64,000 nt of DNA from an uncultured Solirubrobacterales bacterium (GCA_963787605.1 CAWBDC010000003.1:307804-371803); one strand, 5' to 3'; numbered from the stretch's first letter, positions 37,391 to 48,940 are shown. The notes: a model not told the origin generated them from the letters alone. Made by a program: numbers and translations.

Positions 37391-40135
37391 TGCTTGGCCG
37401 CCACGACGAGCAGCTAGCGCTCGATCGGCTGTTTGCGCAGGCGCGCGAGGGCCGTAGCGGCGTGCTCGCGCTTGTCGGCGAGCCGGGGATCGGGAAGACC
37501 GCGCTGCTCGAACACGCAGCCGAGCGCGCCGACGGGATGCGGATCCTGCGAGCCCGCGCGGATCGAGTCCGAGGCGCGTGATCCCGTTCGCGGGACTGGC
37601 CGAGCTGCTTCGCCCCGTGCTGGGCGCGCTGGACGAGATCCCGGCGCCGCAGGCGACCGCGCTCGCCGGCGCGCTCGCGCTCGGCCCGGCGCGCCCCCGC
37701 GACCGTTTCGCCGTCGGCGCCGCGACGCTGAGCCTGCTCTCCGCGTGTGCGGAGGAGGGCCCGCTCGCGCTGCTCATCGACGACGCGCACTGGCTCGACC
37801 GCTCGAGCGCGGAGACGCTGCTGTTCGCCGCACGACGGCTTCTGGCCGATCCGATCGCGCTCGTTCTCGCGGTACGCGAGGGCCAGCCTTCGCTGCTGAA
37901 CGGCGCCGACATGCGGACGCTGCGCATCGCCGGGCTCGACCGCCCAGACGCCGCGGAGCTGCTCGTCGGGCGCAGATGTTCCGAGACGACGCCGTCGAGC
38001 GGCTGTACCGCGCGACCGGCGGCAACCCACTCGCGCTGCTCGAGCTCGCGCCGCGAGGCAAGCCGGCTGCTCACCCTGCCAAGCGCTGCGCCGGTCCCGA
38101 TCTCGACGAGCATCGCCGACGCGTTCCTGCGTCGCTTCGGGCGCCTGCCCGAGCCGACCCGTCGCGTCCTGGTGCTCGTGGCGGCGAGCGACCCGGTGGT
38201 CTTGCGGTGCTGCGCACGCGCCGCCTCCGCGCTCGGGCTTCGACCTCGACGATCTCGCTCCGGCCGAGGCGGCCGGCCTGGTCAGCGTCGGTCCGGCACG
38301 GTCGAGTTCACACATCCGCTGGCCCGCTCGGCCGTGATTACGCCGAGGCGTCGGCGCCGGAGCGCCGCGAGGCCCACGGGGCGCTCGCCGGCGTGCTGCC
38401 CGACCGAGACCTCGAGCGGCGCGCCTGGCACCTGGCGGCAGCGAGCCTCGGCCCCGACGAGCGAGCGGCCGATGCGCTCGCGCAGGCGGCCGCGCGAGCG
38501 TGCGAGCGCAGCGCCTACGCGGTCGCCACGGCGGCGTTCGACGTGCCGCCGGCCTGTGCTCGACCGACTCCGCACGCGGACAACTGCTGTTGGAAGCGGC
38601 GCAAGCGGCATGGCTGGCAGGCGACGTGCCGCGCGTGCTCGAGCTGCTCGAGGAAACGGACGGCGCAAGAGCTCACGCCCGCCGTCTCGGCTGCGCATCG
38701 ACCACCTCCGCGGGCAGGTGGCGATGCGATGCGGGCCGATCATGGCCGCCTATCCGTTGATGGTCGGGGCGGCTGAGCGCGATCGCCGACACCGATCCGG
38801 AGCTGGCCGTCGTGATGCTGGCCCAGGCAGTCCACGGGTGCTTCTACACGGGGGATACGCTTGCGATGATCGCTGCCGCTGAGCGAGCCGTCGCGCTTGC
38901 CGACGGGCAGGACTCTCGCCGCGCGAGGTTCTTCGCGGCAATGGCGCACGGCATGGCGCTCGTCGCAGGCGGTCAAGGCGAGGCCGGCGCGGCTTCAGCA
39001 CGCGAGGCGGTCGAGATCCTCGAGCGCTCCGACGAGCTGCGCGGTGACCCCGGATTGCTCGCCTGGGCTGCGCTCGGACCGCTGTGGCTGCGCGAGGCCG
39101 ACACGGGACGGGGGCTGATCGACCGGGCATTCGAGCTGGCGCGCGCCAGCGCGGCCCTCGGCACCCTGCCGAGCCTCCTGCACGTGCTCGCGCGCGATCA
39201 AGCGACGACCGACCAGTGGGCAGCCGCCGAGACCAGCTATGACGAAGCGATCGGACTCGCGCGGGAGACCGGCCAGCGAGTCGAGATCGCGGCGTCGCTG
39301 GCGGGGCTAGCCGGACTGGAAGCACGCCGGGGACACGAGGCAATCTGCCGCGAGCAGGCCGCCGAGGCGACGAGGCTCTGCGACGAGCTCGGCCTCGCCC
39401 TATACGGCGTTTGGGCAATCCAGGCCCTCGGCGACCTCGAGCTCGGCCTCGGCCGCCCGGCTGCTGCCATCGAGCATTACGAGGCCCAGAGCGATGCGCT
39501 GCGCTCGCACGGCATCGCCGACGTCGACCTTTCGCCGGCGCCCGAGCTCGTCGACGCGTTCCTGCACCTCGGCCGCGACGAAGATGCCGCCCGTATCGCC
39601 GCCGATTACCTCGCGCACGCGAGCGCGAAGGGCCAGCCGTGGGCGCTGGCCCGCGCTGCCCGCTGCCGGGGGCTGCTGGCAGGCGCGGACGAGCTCGAAC
39701 CTTGCTTCGAGGAAGCGCTGCGACTCCACGAGCGGACCCCGGATGTCTTCGAGACCGCCCGCACCCGGCTGGCATACGGGGAATGCCTGCGTCGTGCCCG
39801 CAAACGCACACCCGCACGCGAGCAGCTGCGAGCGGCAGCCGGGATCTTCGAGCGCCTCGGCGCGCAGCCCTGGGTCCAGCAGGCAGACGCCGAGCTTGCG
39901 GCTACCGGCGAGACGGCGCGACGCCGTGACGTGAGCACGCTCGACCAGCTGACTCCCCAGGAGCTGCGCATAGCGAGCCTGCTCGCCGACGGAATGACAC
40001 ACGAGGGAGGCTGCCGCAGCCATCTTCATCAGCCCGAAGACCGTCGAATACCACCTCGGACACATCTACCAAAAGCTCGGGATCCACTCACGCGCCGAGC
40101 TGGCGGCTGCCTTCGAGAGATCGCATGAGCCCTGA
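37391..40135 (+). CDS. Large ATP-binding LuxR (LAL-type) regulator (many indels)
   Basis: LLGRHDEQ, GEPGIGKT, IDDAHWLD, TGGNPLAL, LTPQELRIA, SPKTVEYHLGHIYQKLG. Confidence 0.9.
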
Positions 40136-40167
40136 TCGGATAAATGACACGAGTCGGCACCGGCGCT

Positions 40168-40354
40168 GTCTCATATCGATGAGACGAAGCTTTCTCACAT
40201 TGGTGAGAATCCTGTCTCACATGAGTGAGACGCCTCAGCAAAGGCTTTCTCAGGCGATTCCTTTTTTACTTTACATAACATACATTATCGAGCATGAGAA
40301 AAGCTAGTGCGGCGTTCCGTCCATGTGATGTGCGGCGTCCCGTGAATGTGAGAC
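40168..40354. repeat. Array B: phased (G/T)TCTCA-N6-TGAGA(C/A) palindromes plus AT-rich tract
   Basis: Units at 40168-85, 40192-209, 40214-31; degenerate unit at 40337-54. Confidence 0.88.
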
Positions 40355-40403
40355 GGGAATCCCCCGCTAGCGTGCAGGTGCTTGCGCGACGGTACCCATC
40401 TCA

Positions 40404-41009
40404 TCATCTCGCCCGGCGGTAGCAGATGTGCGTCGCCAGTGGGGAATGGAGGACCTCGTCGGGCTCGAAATCGAACTCGGCGACGCCGTTGAATATCCCC
40501 TCGCCGGACCCGAGTAGAACGGGGACGATGTCGAGCCAGAGTTCGTCGATGACGCCCGCCTGCAGCGCTTGGCGGACGGTCGAGGCGCCGCCCGCGATGT
40601 CGATGCCGTCTGCGCCGGCAATCTCGCGGGCCTGGGCGTAGGCGGCGTCGAAGCCATCGGTGACGAAGTGAAACGTCGTCCCGCCCTCCATCTCGATCGG
40701 CGCGTGAGCGTGATGGGTTAGGACGAACACGGGCGCGTGGTAGGGCGGCTCGGGCCCCCACCAGCCCGACCACTCCTCGTCCCACTCGCCGCGGATCGGG
40801 CCAAACATGTTGCGGCCCATGACGTAGGCGCCGCGAGGGCGCAGCAAACGTCGCTCGGCGGTAGCGTCCGCCTCGTTCGCGCGCTCGTCGCCAAGATGCC
40901 AGCCGTGAAGCTCGCGGCCCCGCCTGCCGAGCGGGTCTTCGCGGCTTTGATCCGACCCGGCGACGAAGCCGTCGAGGGAGATCGACATGTGGCAGGTGGT
41001 GTCGGCCAT
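40404..41009 (-). CDS. Dihydrofolate reductase / RibD C-terminal family protein
   Basis: MSISLDGFVAG, VMGRNMF, VFVLTH, IAGGAST, VPVLLGSG. Confidence 0.92.
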   Translation of the reverse strand: MADTTCHMSISLDGFVAGSDQSREDPLGRRGRELHGWHLGDERANEADATAERRLLRPRGAYVMGRNMFGPIRGEWDEEWSGWWGPEPPYHAPVFVLTHHAHAPIEMEGGTTFHFVTDGFDAAYAQAREIAGADGIDIAGGASTVRQALQAGVIDELWLDIVPVLLGSGEGIFNGVAEFDFEPDEVLHSPLATHICYRRAR

Positions 41010-41075
41010 CTGCTCTTCTCCAAAGTGATTGTGATTTGCAAGCGGCGGCGCGCGGGCGGAACCGTATCAGAGTAG

Positions 41076-41088
41076 TTGCAGACTGCAA
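41076..41088. promoter_or_regulatory. Palindromic operator candidate between DHFR-like gene and hxlR
   Basis: TTGCAG-A-CTGCAA. Confidence 0.55.
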
Positions 41089-41093
41089 GTACC

Positions 41094-41222
41094 ATGGAGG
41101 ACATGACTATGCCCCCTGCGGGCGAACTGCGCTCCGGGTGTCCGATCAACGCGACAATCGAGGTGATCGGCGACCGCTGGTCGCTTCTGGTCCTGCGACG
41201 TGATGTTCGGCAACCGCCGTCT
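41094..41222 (+). pseudogene. 3'-truncated HxlR-family regulator
   Basis: RSGCPINATIEVIGDRWSLLVLR(D)VMFGNRR, then similarity stops before the recognition helix. Confidence 0.8.
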
Positions 41223-41322
41223 GATGACGCTTGTGGCGGCCGTGTGTCCCTCGGCGATCAGGCAGCGCGGGGTGTAGAATCTGCGTGGATCGTTGAGTGA
41301 GCGCAGGACACGGGGAGGCGGC

Positions 41323-41742
41323 ATGAACATAGATTTCCTGTCGACGGTGGCGGTGATCGCACCCGATCCGCCCGCCAGTCGCAAGCTGTACGTCGATGCG
41401 CTTGGGCTGCCGCTCGATAGCCACGGCGACGATTATCACCACAGCGAGCACATCGCGGGCTGTAAGTCCTTCGGCATCTGGCCGCTGTCCCAGGCAGCGG
41501 AGGCGTGTTTCGGGACGTCGCAGTGGCCGGCGGAGCGGCCGGTGCCGCAGGTCAGCATCGAGTTCGATGTCGCGGACGCCGAGGCGGTGACCCCGGCGGC
41601 GCAGGAGCTAGAGCAGGCCGGCTATGAGCTGCTGCATCCGCCGCGCGAGGAGCCGTGGGGTCAGACCGTAGCCAGGCTGCAGTCACCGGAGGGCGCGATC
41701 GTCGGGATCTCGTACGCCCCTGTGCTCCACGACCAACACTGA
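41323..41742 (+). CDS. VOC/glyoxalase family protein
   Basis: RBS GGAGG; SRKLYVDALGL, IEFDV, EPWGQTVARLQSPEG. Confidence 0.9.
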   Translation: MNIDFLSTVAVIAPDPPASRKLYVDALGLPLDSHGDDYHHSEHIAGCKSFGIWPLSQAAEACFGTSQWPAERPVPQVSIEFDVADAEAVTPAAQELEQAGYELLHPPREEPWGQTVARLQSPEGAIVGISYAPVLHDQH

Positions 41743-41829
41743 CCGAAAGCGATATCAGACGCGCGTGATTGGTTCGGAGCGTGTCGATCGCCCTGCGTGC
41801 CTGCTCGCTGATCGGCCAAGGCGTTTGCG

Positions 41830-42915
41830 CTAGTGGGCATGGGAGACCTCCCCTCCGCCGACATGATCGGCGCGGTGGCCCTCGCGGTCGACCTCGAACG
41901 CGTGCAGGCAGTGCTCCGAGCAGAAGTAGAACGTCTCGCCGTCGAACTGCTTGGTGACGGCCTTCGCGCGATCGACTCTCATCCCGCACATCGGGTCCGT
42001 GACGCCGTGGCGCGCGGTCAGCCAGAACAGCGCAGCGAAAATCGCTGCGCCGAGGATGTTCAAGAACAGCTTGTAGTCGAGGTGGATCGAGCCGAAGATG
42101 TCCCCGCGCGACGGCCGCGGACCGGTGGGGATCAGACCGAGCGCGCTGAAGATCCCATCGACGATCAGCGCCGCGATGACCATCGTCGCGAACATCAGCG
42201 CGACGATTCGCAGCGCAAAGCGGGTGCCGTAGTACTTGCGGTAGATCGCGATGATCGGCAGCACGATCAGGTCGGCGAACAGGAACGCGAGCACACCGGC
42301 GAAGCTGATCCCGCCCGACCACAGAACCGCGGCGAGCGGGACGTTGCCGACAGAGCAGACGACCGAGAGCACAGCGATGATCGGGCCGACGATCACGTTC
42401 TCGACGGCGCCGATGACGCCGCCGGTGTGCTTGAGGAACAGGCCGTTGAAGAAGCCGTTGCCGAGCTGGGCGATGAATCCGGAGAGGAAGAAGCCGATCG
42501 TGATCTCCTTCCACAGCATCTGCCAGTCGCCGCGGAAGTTGTGCGCGACGTCAGACCACGCCGAGACCGACGTCAGCCGCTCGCGCCAGCTGAGCTGCTC
42601 GCTGGCCATGTGGTGCTGGTGGCCGGTGTCGGCCTCTTGGGCGTACTCGCGCGCCTGGGCCTCGAGGCGGGGTGAGACGAACGCGCGCAGCAGCACCCCC
42701 ATCAGCACGATCATCACGATCCCGCCGGCGTACTCGGCCACGGTGAATTGCCAGCCGATCAGCACCCACAGCACCAGGCCGAGCTCCCACACGAGGTTCG
42801 TCGAGGCAAACTGGAACGCGAGCGCCGTCGTCGCCGAGGCGCCCTTCTGGAACAGCGACTTGGCGATTGCGATCGCCGCGTAGGAGCACGAGCTCGAGGC
42901 GGCGCCGAGGCGCTC
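41830..42915 (-). pseudogene. 5'-truncated DUF318/ArsP-like permease with C-terminal YHS domain
   Basis: Begins abruptly at LGAASSSCSYAA with no start or N-terminal TMs; VCSVGNVP; YHS motif DPMCGM...FYFCSEHC. Confidence 0.75.
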
Positions 42916-42978
42916 CGAGCGCGCCGAGCGCCGCTGTACCGGCGGCGGTGCGATCTCTTGAACCATAGAATCGCGGCC

Positions 42979-43380
42979 GTGCCGTTCACGCTCAGGAACC
43001 TCAGGGAGGATCTGGAGGACCTTGGGTCCAACTTCGACGGCGCGCCGGGCCTGGAGTTCCGCATGGCGAGCAGGGCGCTCGAGCTCGAGCAGGCCGGTCT
43101 CAGCTATCAGCGCATCCCGCCCGACTATCGCTTCCCGTACGGCCACACGCACAAGGAGCAGGAGGAGGTGTACGTGGTCGTGGGCGGGAGCGGGCGGATG
43201 AAGCTCGACGAGGAGATCGTCGAGGTCAAGGAGTGGGACGTGGTGCGCGTCCCGCCCGGTACGTGGCGAGGCTACGAGGGGGGGCCGGAGGGTCTCGAGA
43301 TCCTCGTGTTCGGTGCGCCCAATCTCGGCGAAGATCCGCGAGAAGACGTCGAGGGTCAGCGGAACTGGTGGGCCGATTGA
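42979..43380 (+). CDS. Cupin-domain protein
   Basis: TAGAAT -10 seven nt before GTG; PYGHTHKEQEEVY, GSG, VRVPPG. Confidence 0.88.
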   Translation: MPFTLRNLREDLEDLGSNFDGAPGLEFRMASRALELEQAGLSYQRIPPDYRFPYGHTHKEQEEVYVVVGGSGRMKLDEEIVEVKEWDVVRVPPGTWRGYEGGPEGLEILVFGAPNLGEDPREDVEGQRNWWAD

Positions 43381-43419
43381 CAGCGCTTCGCGTCTCGTGG
43401 CTGTCGGCGTGCATCTCGT

Positions 43420-43437
43420 TTTCACAGCCGTGTGAAA
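43420..43437. terminator. Short hairpin between convergent genes
   Basis: TTTCACA-GCCG-TGTGAAA. Confidence 0.4.
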
Positions 43438-43473
43438 CCGCCGATGGGGTTTCTGTGGCTGTTCTCTCTGTCC

Positions 43474-44808
43474 TCAACCGCGGAGCGTGAAGAGCGGCCA
43501 GCGCCCCGGCACGCCTTTGAGCTCGTAAAAGCCGCGGTCCTCGAACGTGAACGGGCCGCCTACGACCGTTCCGAACACGGTGCCTGAGACGAGCACCTCA
43601 TCGGGTCCGGCGAGCGCGTTGACGCGCGATGCGATGTGGACGGCCATGCCGCCCACATCGTCACCGATCAGCTCACACTCCCCCATGTGCATACCAACGC
43701 GAATCTCGACCCCGATCTCGTGCGCGGCGCCGGTGATCGCCAGAGCGCAGCGTAACGCCTGCGACGGTGGCCCCTCGAAGATCGCCAGAAAGCCGTCGCC
43801 CACGGTCTTCACCTCACGACCGCCGAAGCGGGTGAGATGCTCACGCACTTGCGTATCGTGGTCCGCGAGCAGATCGCGCCAGCGGCCATCGCCAAGCACC
43901 GCGGCACGTGCCGTCGCATCCACGATGTCGGTGAACATCACCGTCAGCAGCGCTCGCGCAAGCTCCCCGCCACTGCGCCCACCGGTGAGGAACTCCTCGA
44001 TCTCTTCGACGATCGCATCACTGTCGCCTACGAACGGGAGCGAGTCGACACCTTCCAGCTCCACATAGCGCGCGCCGGCTATGTGCTCGGCCAGGTAACG
44101 CGAGTGGCGTGGATCCCAGGCGCTGTCGTGGGATCGGTGCATGACCAGCGTTGGGACGCGGATGCGGGGCAGTGCGTCGCGCGCATCGAGGTCAGCTGCG
44201 GCGCTCAGGAGGACACGTGCCTGGCTCGGGTTCGCCGCCAGGCGCTGGAGGCGCGCAAACCATGCTGCGAACGCAGGGTCATCGGCCATCGAGGGCGCCA
44301 GCACCGGAAGCCCGGGGCCGCCGGTCTCGCCCCAGGCGGCGACGGTCCGCTCGGTCCACCGGGCGCGATCCTCGACGGTCATCGCCCAGTCATAGTCCGG
44401 AGCCCATGAGGTGCGCGCGATACACGCATACATGATCAGCGCGCCGACGCGCTCCGGGCAATCGGCGGCGAGCAGGGCACCGACCGGTCCGCCCAAGCCG
44501 TAAGTGAATAGCGCTGCCCGCGCGCTGCCCGCCGCATCGAGTACCGCGAGCGCGTCGTGCGCCTCCTGCTCGAGGGTGTACGGCTCACCGACGCTGCCGG
44601 ACAGTCCGCTTCCGCGGCGGTCAAACAAGATCAGGCGGCTGAATACGGCCAGGCGCTCGAGGAAACGACGCAAGGCGGAGGAATCCCACAACTGCTCGAT
44701 CTGGGAGATCCACCCCGGCAGGAACAACAGGTCCAACTTGCCCTCGCCAGCGAGCTGATAAGCAATCGTTGTATCGCCGCTGCGGACGTAGCGTGTAGCA
44801 GGCACCAT
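43474..44808 (-). CDS. LipJ/Rv1900c-like alpha/beta-hydrolase plus class III adenylate cyclase
   Basis: FDRRGSGLS, then FTDIV, EVKTVGDG, RVGMHMGE, GMAVHIASRV. Confidence 0.92.
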   Translation of the reverse strand: MVPATRYVRSGDTTIAYQLAGEGKLDLLFLPGWISQIEQLWDSSALRRFLERLAVFSRLILFDRRGSGLSGSVGEPYTLEQEAHDALAVLDAAGSARAALFTYGLGGPVGALLAADCPERVGALIMYACIARTSWAPDYDWAMTVEDRARWTERTVAAWGETGGPGLPVLAPSMADDPAFAAWFARLQRLAANPSQARVLLSAAADLDARDALPRIRVPTLVMHRSHDSAWDPRHSRYLAEHIAGARYVELEGVDSLPFVGDSDAIVEEIEEFLTGGRSGGELARALLTVMFTDIVDATARAAVLGDGRWRDLLADHDTQVREHLTRFGGREVKTVGDGFLAIFEGPPSQALRCALAITGAAHEIGVEIRVGMHMGECELIGDDVGGMAVHIASRVNALAGPDEVLVSGTVFGTVVGGPFTFEDRGFYELKGVPGRWPLFTLRG

Positions 44809-44911
44809 CAGACGTCTTCAATCAGCGTCCGAAACGGCCCGGATGGCTCGACACTGCTGCGCCTATGGCTCTCACTGTAGCTGAGGCCGTCGTGTCGCTA
44901 TCGTCGAGCAC

Positions 44912-45349
44912 ATGACGATCCAGCGCATGGACCACGTGGGCATCGTGGTCGACGACCTCGCCGCCGCAACGGGGTTCTTCGTCGAGCTCGGACTCGAGCT
45001 GCAGGGCGAGAGTCCGGTCGAGGGCGGTTGGGTGGACCGCGTGGTGGGGCTCGAGGGCGTCCGAGCGAATATCGCGATGATGCAGACCCCGGACGGCCAC
45101 GGACGGATTGAGCTGGCGAAGTTTCATGCCCCGCCGGGCCGGGGTGGTGAACAGCACGCGCCGGCGAACATCCCGGGTATCCGCCACATCACATTTGCCG
45201 TCGACGACATCGACGACGTAGTCGCCAGGTTGCAAGCTCGCGGCGCCGAGCTCGTCGGCGAGGTGGAGCGCTACGAGAACATCTATCGGCTCTGCTACAT
45301 CCGCGGCCCGGAGGGGATCATCGTCGAGCTGGCAGAGCGGATCGGCTGA
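44912..45349 (+). CDS. VOC/glyoxalase family protein
   Basis: MDHVGIVVDDL, GIRHITFAVDD, RGPEGIIVELAE. Confidence 0.92.
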   Translation: MTIQRMDHVGIVVDDLAAATGFFVELGLELQGESPVEGGWVDRVVGLEGVRANIAMMQTPDGHGRIELAKFHAPPGRGGEQHAPANIPGIRHITFAVDDIDDVVARLQARGAELVGEVERYENIYRLCYIRGPEGIIVELAERIG

Positions 45350-45642
45350 AGATTCCGGCTGGCCGGCGATTCAAGGGAGCCGTCACGATCTTTCGACCAG
45401 GTGTCCCCCGCCACTCGCCGCAATGCTCGTATTCCAAAGTCACTCGACGAGGGCGCTGCCGTGGCGCACACCTCGTGACTGGACGTAGAGCATCCGTCCG
45501 CAGTAGAAACGTAAGACGAACGCCAGATACGTCCTCCCCCTCCGCTTTCAATTTATACCGAAAAAAAACTTTGCGCGAAGTCTCGGGACCTGCCGCATAA
45601 TCGCCCGCCGCAAGCCAGAACCTACGGAAATGGAGGCGCGAA

Positions 45643-45683
45643 ATGCGTGTGTTTTTGTCGACGTATCCGACGGGAGTGTGGCG

Positions 45684-45687
<4 letters not shown>
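45643..45687 (+). other. 14-codon micro-ORF MRVFLSTYPTGVWR (glycosyltransferase remnant or leader peptide)
   Basis: Strong RBS GGAGG; stop overlaps the monooxygenase ATG (ATGA). Confidence 0.5.
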
Positions 45688-47177
<1,490 letters not shown>

Positions 47178-47205
<28 letters not shown>

Positions 47206-47244
47206 GATTGGTGTCGATGGGTTCCGCGGCACGTGTCGGTCTCA
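47178..47244. repeat. Array C: partial TCTCA-N6-TGAGA array
   Basis: TGAGAC 47178-83; GTCTCA-catgcc-TGAGAT 47191-208; GTCTCA 47239-44. Confidence 0.7.
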
Positions 47245-47281
47245 GTTGTGACATCAAACGAAGAACGATTGGAGCGGCCCG

Positions 47282-47458
47282 ATGCGAAAGTGATCGTGGA
47301 GATGTCAGTCTCAGTCGATGGGTTCGTGGCGCCGGCGAAGGGCGCTCCGGATCACCTGCAGTGCGCCCGAGGACCCGGCCTTGAAGCGTCGCAAGCTCGT
47401 CGAGGCCACGACATATGCCACCGGCGCGGTCCTGCACATTTACCGGCCGGCGGGCTAG
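47282..47458 (+). pseudogene. Internally deleted DHFR/RibD-family gene
   Basis: RBS GGAG; N-terminus MR(K)VIVEMSVSVDGFVAP joined within ~120 nt to C-terminus LVEATTYATGAVLHIYRPAG*. Confidence 0.7.
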
Positions 47459-47602
47459 CGAACGGGCGGACACGTTCGCTTGTGCACACGTTGATCAGAT
47501 CCGTTCGATCTTCGCAACCAGGCCGGTGCGCCCTGAGCGTCGAACCTCGTCTGAATCCGATCCGGACTGTCGGCCGCGAAGAAGCTTGCCCAGCCGGGCC
47601 GC

Positions 47603-47998
47603 TCATGATGCAAAGCCTTGAGGGTGGCCGCCATTGTGTACGGCCTCTACGTTGTTGCCATCAGGATCCAGCACAAAGGCTGCGTAATAGGCCACGTGGT
47701 AGCGCGGGCGGAGGCCTGGAGCGCCGTTGTCGCGTCCGCCTGTAGCGAGCGCGGCGGCGTAGAACGCATCGACCGTTGCCCGATCCGGTGCCGCCAAGGC
47801 GAGATGCAGCGGCGGCCCAGGCTCTCCTTGAGCGATCCACAGGTCCTCGCTTCCTTCGGGCCCATAGCCGAAGGCGCTCTCCACCTGGACCTCCCGTGCG
47901 CCCCACGGGCCTAACGCGGCCACATAGAAGCGCCGACTCGCCGAGAGATCAGTAACGTCGAACGCCACGTGATCAAGGAACCGAAGCTCGGTGGGCAC
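47603..47998 (-). CDS. VOC/glyoxalase family protein
   Basis: LDHVAFDV, HLALAA, GGRDNGAPGLRP, YYAAFVLDPDGNNVEAV. Confidence 0.92.
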   Translation of the reverse strand: MPTELRFLDHVAFDVTDLSASRRFYVAALGPWGAREVQVESAFGYGPEGSEDLWIAQGEPGPPLHLALAAPDRATVDAFYAAALATGGRDNGAPGLRPRYHVAYYAAFVLDPDGNNVEAVHNGGHPQGFAS

Positions 47999-48080
47999 GA
48001 TCAACACACTACTGTCACTCGCACACAGGTAGTAAGAGTTCGCTGGTTTGTGCGTGTCAGGTGCTGAGTCAAGCCTCAAG

Positions 48081-48830
48081 TCACGCTAACCGCACGATCG
48101 CGAACACGCCGACCGCGACGATCAGCGCTCGCAGCACGGCCGGTGGCAACCGCCGCCCGTAACGCGCGCCGAGCTGACCGCCGACGATCGACGCGCCCGC
48201 GATGATCCCCGCCGGCGCCCACTCGATGTGCGTGGCCACGATGAAGTACACGCCGGCCACACCATTCACGAGACCCGCCAGAACGTTCTTCAGGGCGTTC
48301 GTACGGTGCAGATCCTGCGCCAGGGCCACGCCGAGAATCCCCAGCAGCAGGATCCCCTGGGCGGCCCCAAAGTAGCCGCCGTAGACGCCCGTCAGGTAGA
48401 CGGCCACCAGCGTGGCCACGCCCCCCTCGCGCTCGCGATCGACCTCGCGCTTCGCGAGCATTCGATTCAGCCGCGGTTGAAAGACGATCAGCAGGAGCGC
48501 GAGCGCGATGAAGACGGGGACGATGTCCTTGAACGCCGCGGCCGGCAGCACCAGCAGCAGCACGGCGCCGGTGATGCCGCCGAGGAGCGAGCAGGCGCCG
48601 AGTCGCGCGAGTCGAGCACCCTGCCCGACCAGCTCGCGCCGGTAGCCGATCGCGCCCGAGACCGATCCGGGCACGAGGCCGACGGTGTTCGACACGTTCG
48701 CGGTCACCGGGGCATACCCGAAGGCCAACAACACCGGAAACGTGATCAACGTCCCGCTCCCCACCACCGTGTTGATCGTCCCCGCCGCCAGGCCCGCGAG
48801 GGCGATGGCGAGCACCTCGCCGATGCTCAC
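48081..48830 (-). CDS. TSUP (TauE/SafE) family exporter
   Basis: INTVVGSGTLITFP, GVYGGYFGAAQG, NALKN. Confidence 0.92.
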   Translation of the reverse strand: MSIGEVLAIALAGLAAGTINTVVGSGTLITFPVLLAFGYAPVTANVSNTVGLVPGSVSGAIGYRRELVGQGARLARLGACSLLGGITGAVLLLVLPAAAFKDIVPVFIALALLLIVFQPRLNRMLAKREVDREREGGVATLVAVYLTGVYGGYFGAAQGILLLGILGVALAQDLHRTNALKNVLAGLVNGVAGVYFIVATHIEWAPAGIIAGASIVGGQLGARYGRRLPPAVLRALIVAVGVFAIVRLA

Positions 48831-48940
48831 TCCTCAGACCGGGCGCGTCGATCTTGTACCGGTTCTCCGCTCATCGCCCGTATGGTCGCATCCGCCAGCG
48901 TTCATGCACGGTATGACGGTCCTCTACCGTTGTGCGTGAC

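Noticed and set aside
44870-44886. TCTCA-N7-TGAGG as a fourth array site
   Set aside because: Wrong spacer length, single degenerate copy.
45560-45645. Rifamycin-associated element upstream of the monooxygenase
   Set aside because: No clear 19-bp palindrome is visible, and I cannot verify the consensus from memory.
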